A stretch of DNA of 64,000 nucleotides from Patescibacteria group bacterium (lineage in GTDB: Bacteria > Patescibacteriota > Microgenomatia > UBA1406): the NCBI GenBank assembly GCA_041665145.1, contig JBAYJK010000002.1:104339-168338 (forward strand), given 5' to 3'. The notes below the pieces were generated by a model. It was not told the origin of the DNA, searched no databases, and saw nothing but the letters and a program-made list of their open reading frames with translations. Positions 7,628-15,595 of this stretch are shown in pieces. The stretch's first letter is position 1. The number at the start of each line of letters is the position of its first letter. The position numbers and the translations under genes were made by a program.

Positions 7628-8215
7628 TCAGAGTCCCAACGTTTGTCGCACTCCAGAAAGAAGTGCGCGCATCAAAACACCGAATGGATTTTGGCCCCAG
7701 TCCTGGATGAGCTGTTCATTAATCTCTTTCAGGACCCCGTCGGTAATTGACTGCCGGCAGCCATTCCTCAATTTGTTGTGAAGGCTCCACATCGGCCTCC
7801 ACTCTTCCGTGCCTTCTCGCTGAAAGTCAGCTAAGAAGGCATAACTGCAGCCATCCCTCGAAATCCAAACTTCGGCACGCGCTTTACCGCCGGCGATTAC
7901 TTGTTCGCCGGACTTGGCCTCCGTCCGTTTTTCTGCCAGGACAGCAACAACAGCGGCCCTTTCGGCCGCTGCCTTGTCAAGATCTATTTCAATCTTTTTC
8001 GGATCGGCACCTGCTTCTGTCGGCATGACTATTGTCAGCACGGCTCCTACCGTGCTGACGGAAATGGCCACGCCGGTCAAAAAAGCCACGGCCGATCCTG
8101 TTTCAATCGCGGCGGCACCGCCACCCATGACAAGAGGCGCCAGTCCTTGGCACCCACTTGTTACAACCCCTACTACAAGTAGCAGGGTCAAAAGCGCTCT
8201 GAAAAATCTTCCCAT
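7628..8215 (-). CDS. Putative lipoprotein, paralogue of 7030..7614
   Basis: Lipobox VVGVVTSGC-Q. Stretch GGGAAAIETGSAVAFLTGVAISVSTVGAVLTIVMPT aligns with the neighbouring protein. SD AGAGGAAGGA. Confidence 0.6.
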   Translation of the reverse strand: MGRFFRALLTLLLVVGVVTSGCQGLAPLVMGGGAAAIETGSAVAFLTGVAISVSTVGAVLTIVMPTEAGADPKKIEIDLDKAAAERAAVVAVLAEKRTEAKSGEQVIAGGKARAEVWISRDGCSYAFLADFQREGTEEWRPMWSLHNKLRNGCRQSITDGVLKEINEQLIQDWGQNPFGVLMRALLSGVRQTLGL

Positions 8216-8454
8216 TTCCTGTTTCCTTCCTCTTAGTTATTTTTTTATTCTTGCATCTATTCGCTGTTTACTATCCGCACAGCGATAAGCGGTAATTGTT
8301 ATTCAAATGAATATCTTCCCGATGCTCGACTATGTCGGCATCGGGACGAAAGAATCTGTATTCCGGCTTTGCCGGAAACAGCTTCTAACGCCTCCTGTTA
8401 AGGAACTATTGCAACAGACACCATGCACACAGCGTTTGCGTGTATTATTCTGCT

Positions 8455-8620
8455 GCAAAAAAAAGCCCCGGCTTTTTGTGGTCGGGGATTAATTCTTAGC
8501 TAACCAACTACCCCCTTCACCCCATGTCGATAATGACACGGAAAAACGTACTATTGGGAATAGTTGTCTGTTTGGAAAAAACCATGCAGATATTATACAT
8601 AGTTCGTGCGTATTTTTCAA
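8455..8620 (-). other. Candidate stand-alone small transcription unit (sRNA or 22-codon leaderless micro-ORF)
   Basis: Minus strand TTGAAA (8615-8620)-17 nt-TATAAT (8592-8597)-atctgc-ATG (8585). ORF MVFSKQTTIPNSTFFRVIIDMG with stop at 8517. Then a 7-bp GC stem (8466-8472 / 8481-8487) followed by a T8 run (A-run 8457-8464 on plus). Confidence 0.35.
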
Positions 8621-8689
8621 CCTATAGTGAATTGTGTAATACAGTCAATTACTATCTTTTCGGTCAAAAAAAGTATCAGCTTGTCTCGT

Positions 8690-9217
8690 ATGGTAGAATA
8701 CTCCATGACAGTCGCCGAGCTTTTAGACTTGAAAGCCGTTGATCACGAACTTGTTGGTTGTTGTGATTTCACTGTCCAGCACGCCCTGAGACCGAGTCAT
8801 AAAGGCACCGGAACACCGCCTGGAATATTGAGAACTGCACTATCTCTTACCGAAGGTTTGCCAACAGTAATCTGCGAACTTACTATGAAGGGCAATATTC
8901 CTATGCTTGATGTAGTGCCGTTTCAAAGAATGCACGTTGCCAAAGGATATCACGTTATGGATCAAGGAGGTACAATACGGCCAGAACATATTTTGTACAT
9001 AACGACTCAAGTAAATGGATCGTGGGCGAGAATTCCCATTACTATGGTTCTTCCTGGTGGCTTTATGCAACCGAGACGAGCAACACTCCCTTTTCCTATT
9101 GAATTTGGTCCGTATACTCTTGAACCACACATGAACCCTACACAGCTATTTGCATATATGAAGCAAAGCGTCCGATTCTTCGACGCAATGGTAAAAGCAA
9201 AAGGATTATTTAAGTAA
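8690..9217 (+). CDS. Hypothetical protein (start uncertain: 8690 or 8705)
   Basis: ORF 8606..9217. The first 28 codons overlap the minus-strand promoter above. TGgTAGAAT lies 5 nt before the ATG at 8705. No recognisable domain. Confidence 0.4.
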   Translation: MVEYSMTVAELLDLKAVDHELVGCCDFTVQHALRPSHKGTGTPPGILRTALSLTEGLPTVICELTMKGNIPMLDVVPFQRMHVAKGYHVMDQGGTIRPEHILYITTQVNGSWARIPITMVLPGGFMQPRRATLPFPIEFGPYTLEPHMNPTQLFAYMKQSVRFFDAMVKAKGLFK

Positions 9218-11416
9218 AACTTCCGCAGCCTTTTCTGCTACTTTTTCCCGAACTACCCGCTCTATTTCACGAACACCATCCGTACTATTAAATACTTCCC
9301 TTACCCACATCTCGAGTTCCCCAGGTGAAACAGAAATTGTAATATTTTTTTCCTGCTGGTACTGAGCGGTAACTTTTTCCATAACCGCATACCCTATTCG
9401 TATTGCGTCCTCGACGTTGATCGGCTCGAATACAAGCACCTTGTCAAAGCGGTTTAAAAACTCCGGACTGAGTATTCCCTTCTCAATTACCAATTGCCGG
9501 ACTTCTTTGGTAAGTTCATTTCCCCGCATTCCCTGCTGAGCCCAGTCATATATTTCGTGCGCCCCGGCATTCGATGTTGCAACAACAATCAGATTTTTGG
9601 CATCAACTTTCTTACCGTATCCATCAACCACGTACCCTTCGTCAAGCAATGTGAGAAACACATTCAGCAAATCCTTGTGGGCTTTTTCTATTTCATCAAT
9701 AAGCAAAACAGTAAAGGGCTTTTCGCGGATTTTTTCGGCAAGGAGTCCGGGATTCTGTTTTTCAAATGAACCGATTAGGTCTCCGAGCGATTCTTTATTT
9801 TGGTAAAAAGACATATCGAGTCGGATTATATTTTCCGACGTACCAAAGAAAAGTTTGGCAATTGTCTTGGCGGTCTCTGTTTTTCCCACACCAGTTGGGC
9901 CCAAAAACATAAGACTTACCTTCGGCTTAGTCCTATTTTCCTCTATGAACGCACGTTGCACCGCATGAGTCACTTCGGTAAGTGCGGCATCCTGACCGAC
10001 CAGGCTTTTTTTCAGTAACGAGAAAAGATTGAGCAATGTATGTTTCGTTGTTTCATGAAGTGGTCCAATGGGCGTATGCATTTTTTGTGACAACACCGTA
10101 TCCACATCCTCCGGCATGACTTTTGACTCGCGACCCGTGACGCGTGACTCTTTCGCATGCCCGTCCCCTACGAAAGCACACACCTCATCCAACAATTCAA
10201 TTGCCTTCTCGGGAAACGGGACGTGGGTGATATAGAATTTACTTCTTGTAATTACCTGTTGGAGTGTCTCGAACGGGATAGTCAGACCGTATCGGCCTTC
10301 CAGGTATAAAGCCTTGTCTTCCAATATGAGTAGCGCTTTTTGTGTGGAGATTTCTTCAACTGCAACTTTTGAGAACAGTCGTGCGATTTTGTCATTGTGG
10401 TACACCACATGTTGAAAATAAAACGGTGTTGTTATGGCAACAAACTTCACCCTGGGAGATTTGCCAAAACGTTCCCATACATCCGAGAAATCCCCTACTA
10501 AACTTGCAGAACAATACAGGTGAAAATTATTAATCACTACAACCAAATTGCTTGCAAGGGAAGCTTCCTGTAACAAATCATTCAACAGAGACTCTTTTTC
10601 CTCATGCGATTTGCCGGCACTTAACACCCGTTCCATATCCAGTTCCACCATACGTAGGTTTTGTAATGGCGGCGTAGTGGTACCGTGATACATACGTTCG
10701 GCAAGTCCGCCGACAATCGCATGTTTCCCCACCCCCTCTTCTCCGACAAGAATAATATTTGCTTCATATGTTTTGCCAAGAGCCCGTTCAATCATGCGGA
10801 TTTCTTCCACCCGATCCTGCAACTCTCGAGTACTTGAAATAATTGTTGTTATATCCGTGCAGTAATTATCAAGTGTCGGGGTATACCCATATGCCCAATC
10901 GCGACCGATAGGTGGTGTTAACAGAAGGTTTTCCAAAGAAAACGCATCCGAATCTTGTACCTTTTTGGCATATTGACGCTCAAACCATGCGGTAACCGCA
11001 TCCGTACTGACCGCATCACATACATGGCTTTCAACAAAAATCTTTTTCCTGCGTTCTTTTGAATGTGCCGAGACAATTATCTGCTGCAAAAGGTACGCAA
11101 ACGGAGTCAGCAAAATGCTGACCAGCAGCCAGACAGGAATTGCCACAAAAGCATACAGAGTCATAACTACAAGATACGTAATAATTACTGAAACACGCAT
11201 CACAAAACCGACGCCGCGTGACACCCAATCCATTGATAATCTGTCCATGAGTGCTTCAAACGAAAACCCCCGTTCTTTCTTTACCGAGACAATCCGTTTC
11301 CATGGAGCGAAGAGGTTTTTGAAATGTGATTGCACATTAAAGTAATACGGCAAAAACAGCAGCACATTAATCATGTTGCGTACTTGGTGCCTCAGGAGGT
11401 CGAAAAACGAGATCAT
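9206..11416 (-). CDS. Clp/Hsp100-family double AAA+ ATPase with N-terminal transmembrane domain
   Basis: Walker A motifs GEEGVGKHAIV and GPTGVGKTETAK. VLLIDEIEKAHKDLLNVFLTLLDEG matches the ClpA/B D2 motif. Two N-terminal hydrophobic helices. Confidence 0.75.
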   Translation of the reverse strand: MISFFDLLRHQVRNMINVLLFLPYYFNVQSHFKNLFAPWKRIVSVKKERGFSFEALMDRLSMDWVSRGVGFVMRVSVIITYLVVMTLYAFVAIPVWLLVSILLTPFAYLLQQIIVSAHSKERRKKIFVESHVCDAVSTDAVTAWFERQYAKKVQDSDAFSLENLLLTPPIGRDWAYGYTPTLDNYCTDITTIISSTRELQDRVEEIRMIERALGKTYEANIILVGEEGVGKHAIVGGLAERMYHGTTTPPLQNLRMVELDMERVLSAGKSHEEKESLLNDLLQEASLASNLVVVINNFHLYCSASLVGDFSDVWERFGKSPRVKFVAITTPFYFQHVVYHNDKIARLFSKVAVEEISTQKALLILEDKALYLEGRYGLTIPFETLQQVITRSKFYITHVPFPEKAIELLDEVCAFVGDGHAKESRVTGRESKVMPEDVDTVLSQKMHTPIGPLHETTKHTLLNLFSLLKKSLVGQDAALTEVTHAVQRAFIEENRTKPKVSLMFLGPTGVGKTETAKTIAKLFFGTSENIIRLDMSFYQNKESLGDLIGSFEKQNPGLLAEKIREKPFTVLLIDEIEKAHKDLLNVFLTLLDEGYVVDGYGKKVDAKNLIVVATSNAGAHEIYDWAQQGMRGNELTKEVRQLVIEKGILSPEFLNRFDKVLVFEPINVEDAIRIGYAVMEKVTAQYQQEKNITISVSPGELEMWVREVFNSTDGVREIERVVREKVAEKAAEVLLK
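10123..10150. repeat. In-frame heptamer block inside the Clp-like gene
   Basis: Coding strand GAGTCAC GCGTCAC GGGTCGC GAGTCAA encodes ESRVTGRES, in the same frame and peptide as in thyX. Confidence 0.7.
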
Positions 11417-11553
11417 AGAATCAGTATACAGAAAATTAAGTTGTAAGTCGCAAGGTGTAAGATGTAATAAAGTCTGAAGTTGTAGGGTGTAAGTTGTAGT
11501 AAAATCCTAAGTTGATAAGCTGTAAGTAAGAAAAATTAGATTTATCTTTTGTT

Positions 11554-11886
11554 CTATGCGGTTTTAAGAGAGCTGGAGAAAATGAAAATTAATTGACGTA
11601 TTTCGTTGCGCAATCTCTCTAGAGCTGAATTGCTTTCTTCTTTATTAAGTAACTCTAACCAGTATTCAGTCTCCATAGCCTCCTTTTTGCAAATGGCTAG
11701 CTTTGTTATAAAGTCTTTTTTAGATACCGCACCACCAGCTTCTCTATAGTTTGCACCGATACTGGTCGATGATCGAAGCAATTGCTCAATTATATTTTTG
11801 TTAAAAGTTGTTTGTTGACAGGCTTTCAGATATTCAATAACTTTAACCGAGAAGTTACTTGTCCTTTCTCTTAAGTCATACATCAC
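11554..11886 (-). CDS. Four-helix-bundle protein (23S rRNA intervening-sequence protein family)
   Basis: 110 aa. LLRSSTSIGANYREA and KDFITKLAICKKEAMETEYWLELL match my recollection of the family signature (S.GANI.EG .. E..ET..WL). Confidence 0.7.
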   Translation of the reverse strand: MMYDLRERTSNFSVKVIEYLKACQQTTFNKNIIEQLLRSSTSIGANYREAGGAVSKKDFITKLAICKKEAMETEYWLELLNKEESNSALERLRNEIRQLIFIFSSSLKTA

Positions 11887-12019
11887 TTGATGCTATTTAT
11901 TTTCTAGCTTTATTACAACGGTTTATATACATCTCTACTCACATAATGTCCCACTTGTAACTTGCAACTTACTACTTACACCTTTAATACAACTTACAAC
12001 CTACGCCTTACGACTTTTT

Positions 12020-12028
12020 TGATATACT
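12020..12028 (+). promoter_or_regulatory. Extended -10 element placed for a leaderless dcd mRNA
   Basis: TGaTATACT followed by 6 nt (aactcc) and the ATG at 12035. No SD. Confidence 0.4.
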
Positions 12029-12034
12029 AACTCC

Positions 12035-12565
12035 ATGTTACTTTCCGACCGCGACATCAAAAAAGCTCTGGACAGCAAACGCATAGTTCTATCTCCTCTC
12101 CCCGATTTAGAAACAGCGCTTTCCGCCTGTTCACTTGACTTGCGCTTAGCAAGTGAATTCGAAATCTTTGATGACACATCAACAGCCATGAAGAAAGTTG
12201 TAGTGGAAGCACCTAATAAATTTGTTTTGAAACCGGGAGAATTTGCGCTCGCTTCCACTATAGAATGGCTTGAACTCCCCGATGACCTTGCGATGCGTTT
12301 GGAAGGTCGCTCATCACTTGGACGTTTAGGAATTGTTGTTCACTCCACAGCTGCACTGTTCCACCCCGGATGGCGTGGAAACATTGTTTTGGAGCTCGGG
12401 AACCACTCTCATATGCCGGTCGAACTTACTCCCGGAATGCGTGTATGTTCCATGTCTTTTGAAGAGCTCTCAAGCCCCGCAGAACGACCATATTATAAGA
12501 ACAAAACATCAAAGTACGCGTTTCAAAAAGGTACGGTAGCAAGTAGAATTGCAAACGATAAGTAG
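12035..12565 (+). CDS. dcd: dCTP deaminase
   Basis: MLLSDRDI N-terminus, LDLRL, FVLKPGEFALASTIEWLELPDDLAMRLEGRSSLGRLGIVVH. Typical Dcd length. Confidence 0.85.
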   Translation: MLLSDRDIKKALDSKRIVLSPLPDLETALSACSLDLRLASEFEIFDDTSTAMKKVVVEAPNKFVLKPGEFALASTIEWLELPDDLAMRLEGRSSLGRLGIVVHSTAALFHPGWRGNIVLELGNHSHMPVELTPGMRVCSMSFEELSSPAERPYYKNKTSKYAFQKGTVASRIANDK

Positions 12566-12590
12566 CTAAAATTGATTTATAAGTTACAAG

Positions 12591-12670
12591 GGTAGCGAGA
12601 TATCTCTTTCGAACGTCGTTGGGGAAACTAGGGGGTCCCCACCAGAGTGAGAAAGACGATATGAGCTACC
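12591..12670 (+). other. About 80-nt nested stem-loop element between dcd and dut
   Basis: Stems GGTAGC/GCTACC, ATATC/GATAT, TCTTTC/GAAAGA and inner TGGGGA/TCCCCA. No U tract follows. Confidence 0.3.
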
Positions 12671-12682
12671 GAAAATTACAAT

Positions 12683-13114
12683 ATGAAATTCTCAATCAAA
12701 CGAATAGATAAAACGCTTCCCCTTCCGGAATACCAAACCAAAGGTTCTGTCGGTTTCGATCTGTCTTCACGAACGGATATGAAGATTGCTTCTCACACGC
12801 TGGCGCTCGTACCGACGAATCTTGTCGTGAAGGTTCCCGAGGGCTACATGCTTCTTGTTGTACCCCGTAGTTCCACACCCAAGAAAAAGGGGCTCCTTAT
12901 TCCCCACGGCATAGGCGTTATCGATCAGGATTATTGTGGAGAAAAAGATGAAGTTTTGTTTCAGGTGTATAACTTCACTGATCAGGAAGTAACAGTTTCT
13001 CGCGGAGAACGGATTGCCCAAGGTATCTTGGTAAAAGTCGGAGTAGCGGAATTTGAAGAAAAAGATACCGCCCACTCCGACAGTTCACGTGGAGGAATCG
13101 GGTCGACTGGTTAA
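12683..13114 (+). CDS. dut: dUTP diphosphatase
   Basis: GSVGFDL, PRSS, GVIDQDYCGE, C-terminal SRGGIGSTG. All are dUTPase motifs. Confidence 0.85.
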   Translation: MKFSIKRIDKTLPLPEYQTKGSVGFDLSSRTDMKIASHTLALVPTNLVVKVPEGYMLLVVPRSSTPKKKGLLIPHGIGVIDQDYCGEKDEVLFQVYNFTDQEVTVSRGERIAQGILVKVGVAEFEEKDTAHSDSSRGGIGSTG

Positions 13115-13166
13115 TGGTTTATAGTTTATGGTTAATAGTCAAGAGTTAAGAGTTAAGAGTCAAAGA
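13115..13166. repeat. One-armed tandem heptamer block between convergent dut and permease genes
   Basis: ggtttat agtttat ggttaat agtcaag agttaag agttaag agtcaaa, with a strict 7-nt period. Confidence 0.5.
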
Positions 13167-14231
13167 CTACCGGAGGAAGAATTGGTAGAACTCGATCAAT
13201 ATTCCCACAACAAAAACTGCTTGGATAAGATAGTTCCAAAGAACATGCTTTCCCGGAAAGGCTTTCATATACATTCTGGTTATAATGATGACAATCCCCC
13301 CGATAAATACCCCTCCACTCAAAGAGATCACCGCGCTGAACGAATGAAACCCCAACAAAAATAAAAGAAGCGGAACCGAAACCACAAGTATCAGAGAATC
13401 TCGTTTGGCAATTCCCAAATCTTTATTAAAGATATCGTACACAACCCATGAAAGAATCAGGTAAGGAGCAAAAACAGTACTGACACCTGCTAGATTAAAA
13501 ATCACCATCGCCAACCCATTCAATCCATTAAAGGTTTCTCCGCTCACCAACCCTGCAAGCGCGATTGCAAAAGCTCCGTACAGGAACGCCACCGAGCCCT
13601 GCCCAAGTAGTAGCGATCGGCTCATCTGACGGTCCTTAAACAGTTCCGGAACTATTGAAAAACCCGTGCACGCAAACAAAATTGCACCATATGCGGCAAG
13701 TGGGTTGCTTCCGATTAAATCGATTTTCGGTACGCCGTTAGTAAAAAGCAAGTACACTCCGATTCCGGTAATACACACCAAAAGAACACCTTTTAATATG
13801 GTGAACAGAATATCGAGTCCCCGCAGCAATTTCCCTGCAAACAGAAGCAGAATTGCGGCTACGCCATAAAACAGAAAGCTCATATTCTCCGAGGAGCTTA
13901 GTGTGATTTTCGACAGAAATTCTCCACCGATGATCAGGTACGCAAGCAGTGCTCCAAACAGCGAAAATAAATCCAGAAACAAAACGAGCATACCGGTAGG
14001 TTTCCCCAGAATATGTGTCACATATCCGATCAGCTGGTGCCGCTCATCAACCGTATCTATCACGTGACGATACATGCGGTTGACCGCAAACATCAATACA
14101 CTAATAACTATCAACCCTAAACTGAAAACTAGTACACCTCCCTGTTTTAATGCAAAGGGCAACGCAAAAATTCCCGCCCCCACAATACCGCCGAATAAAA
14201 GAATACCGTTCTCAATGAAATACGGAGACAT
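13167..14231 (-). CDS. Polytopic membrane transporter, amino-acid permease-like
   Basis: 354 aa with about 10 hydrophobic helices. N-terminal GGIVGAGIFALPFALKQGG resembles the aromatic/hydroxy amino-acid permease motif. Confidence 0.5.
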   Translation of the reverse strand: MSPYFIENGILLFGGIVGAGIFALPFALKQGGVLVFSLGLIVISVLMFAVNRMYRHVIDTVDERHQLIGYVTHILGKPTGMLVLFLDLFSLFGALLAYLIIGGEFLSKITLSSSENMSFLFYGVAAILLLFAGKLLRGLDILFTILKGVLLVCITGIGVYLLFTNGVPKIDLIGSNPLAAYGAILFACTGFSIVPELFKDRQMSRSLLLGQGSVAFLYGAFAIALAGLVSGETFNGLNGLAMVIFNLAGVSTVFAPYLILSWVVYDIFNKDLGIAKRDSLILVVSVPLLLFLLGFHSFSAVISLSGGVFIGGIVIIITRMYMKAFPGKHVLWNYLIQAVFVVGILIEFYQFFLR

Positions 14232-14340
14232 ACGGATTAGTATAGAGGATTATTGTTCAATTTTCAGTTCTCAGTTTTAAATTTTCATTGAATTCTCAAT
14301 AGATATTTGAAAATTGATTGAAAACTGCAAATTAAAAATT
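14232..14340. repeat. Hairpin spacer (TTCAATT / GAAAATT word family)
   Basis: ttcaatt ttcagtt ctcagtt ttaaatt ttcattg .. tttgaaaattgattgaaaactgcaaattaaaaattgaaaatt. Also carries a candidate permease promoter CTGAAA-17-TATACT-7-ATG (14239-14267, minus strand). Confidence 0.55.
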
Positions 14341-14444
14341 GAAAATTGGCGGAGCCACCCTTCGCCCTCCGGGCTTCGGAGTAATCGTGTGGGTCAGCTC
14401 AGCTGACCTGTCACCACGCTGAGCGCGGTCTGCCACGCTGAGCG

Positions 14445-14519
14445 TGGTGGGTGCGGATGGAGTCGAACCATCGACCCTCGTCTTATCAGGACGATGCTCT
14501 ACCGCTGAGCCACGCACCC
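14445..14519 (-). tRNA. tRNA-Ile (anticodon GAT), CCA encoded
   Basis: GGGTGCG-TG-GCTC-AGCGGTA-GAGC-A-TCGTC-CTGATAA-GACGA-GGGTC-GATGG-TTCGACT-CCATC-CGCACCC-A-CCA. Confidence 0.9.
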
Positions 14520-14535
14520 ATATTTCACCTGACTA

Positions 14536-14889
14536 TTATACAAAATGTTTTTGCGTTTCGCGTTGCTTTCGTATAGCGGCCATCAGCAGCAAGAACAGCA
14601 AGATAAAAAGTACCGCATCGCGTGCATGGAATATGCCGATGAATACATAAATCCACACAAATACCGTACTGCCGAGAAACATTAAAAGAAAGAGCGGGTT
14701 CGTTGAACTGTATTTCTTTTTATAAAGCTCGAGAAATAAAAACACGATAGCAAAAATAAGACTTGAGAAGCCCAATGGGAGGACCCAGAACAGATCCCAC
14801 ACCAACCCGAAAACAAGAATGAGTGGAGCCAGAAAACGCGGATAAAAAAAATAAACATACGTCAGCACAAAAAAGGTAGGTACGATCAT
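14536..14889 (-). CDS. mreD: Rod-shape protein MreD-like small polytopic membrane protein
   Basis: Immediately follows mreC with an ATGA overlap (14886-14889). About 117 aa, 4-5 hydrophobic helices. The call rests on position and topology only. Confidence 0.5.
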   Translation of the reverse strand: MIVPTFFVLTYVYFFYPRFLAPLILVFGLVWDLFWVLPLGFSSLIFAIVFLFLELYKKKYSSTNPLFLLMFLGSTVFVWIYVFIGIFHARDAVLFILLFLLLMAAIRKQRETQKHFV

Positions 14890-15593
14890 AAAAGAACAAA
14901 CGCAGTTTCTAACCATGCCGAGTCGCCATAGTACTCAATTATGGCAGTTTTTACCGGTAGTCGTTCGTTAAGGATGATCTGTTTCACTACACCAACAAGG
15001 AACACCCCTCCAGAATGCTTGTCAATTGCGTATACACGATCATTTTTTTCGAGTGCAGCATCCACATTTGTTTCAAAACGCACTTCCTCGTTAAATGAAC
15101 CGCTGAGCCGACCCTGCACCCCCCGTTCAGATCGTGCATCTACTGAAAAACGCGAATGGTTAGCTTTATACACAACAAGCGTTCTCCCGTCAGTTCTTTC
15201 AACAGTGCCGATAAAAATATTTTCGAAGACGACAAATGACTCACGAGGGATCTGAACATTTTCATAGGGAAATTGTACGATAAGCTCGCTGATTGTTGTC
15301 CACACCACATGCACCGGAAACAACTTTCCTTCTTCAGGAACCGAACCAAGTTGCGTTCGCAATAACATGTTTTCTCGTGTTAATTGCCTGAGCTGTTCGT
15401 TATATTTTTGGGCTATCAAATCTTTTGTGCCCTTTTGGGTAACGTTCCCCATTAATACTTTTACAAGCAATAATCGAGTCGGATTTGCTATGCGTGATTC
15501 AATAAAACTCCGTATCCATGTTTGCCTTCCTACCTGGGTCACAACAAGTAACAGAATGCTTGCTGCAATAACGAGAAATAAATTACGGATCAT
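14886..15593 (-). CDS. mreC: Rod-shape protein MreC
   Basis: ORF 14886..15665 trimmed to the ATG at 15593 because the upstream 24 codons overlap tRNA-Ala. N-terminal anchor, coiled segment, then a beta-rich domain ending GGVFLVGVVKQI, typical of MreC. Confidence 0.65.
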   Translation of the reverse strand: MIRNLFLVIAASILLLVVTQVGRQTWIRSFIESRIANPTRLLLVKVLMGNVTQKGTKDLIAQKYNEQLRQLTRENMLLRTQLGSVPEEGKLFPVHVVWTTISELIVQFPYENVQIPRESFVVFENIFIGTVERTDGRTLVVYKANHSRFSVDARSERGVQGRLSGSFNEEVRFETNVDAALEKNDRVYAIDKHSGGVFLVGVVKQIILNERLPVKTAIIEYYGDSAWLETAFVLL

Positions 15594-15595
15594 GT

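Larger units (their letters stand above)
11417..12030. repeat. Long imperfect inverted repeat (GTTGTAAG / CTTACAAC word family) enclosing the four-helix-bundle gene
   Basis: Left arm about 11430-11545: aagttgtaagtcgcaaggtgtaagatgtaat..gttgtagggtgtaagttgtag. Right arm about 11950-12020: cttgtaacttgcaacttactacttacacc..caacttacaacctacgccttacgac. Confidence 0.55.

Noticed and set aside
14332-14517. 61-aa ORF, plus the first 24 codons of ORF 14886..15665 (MAQLVEHRIRIAGIAGSSPVGSTN)
   Set aside because: Both overlap tRNA genes (tRNA-Ile and tRNA-Ala). The peptide AQLVEHR.. is the usual read-through of a tRNA T-arm or acceptor. mreC starts at the internal ATG at 15593.
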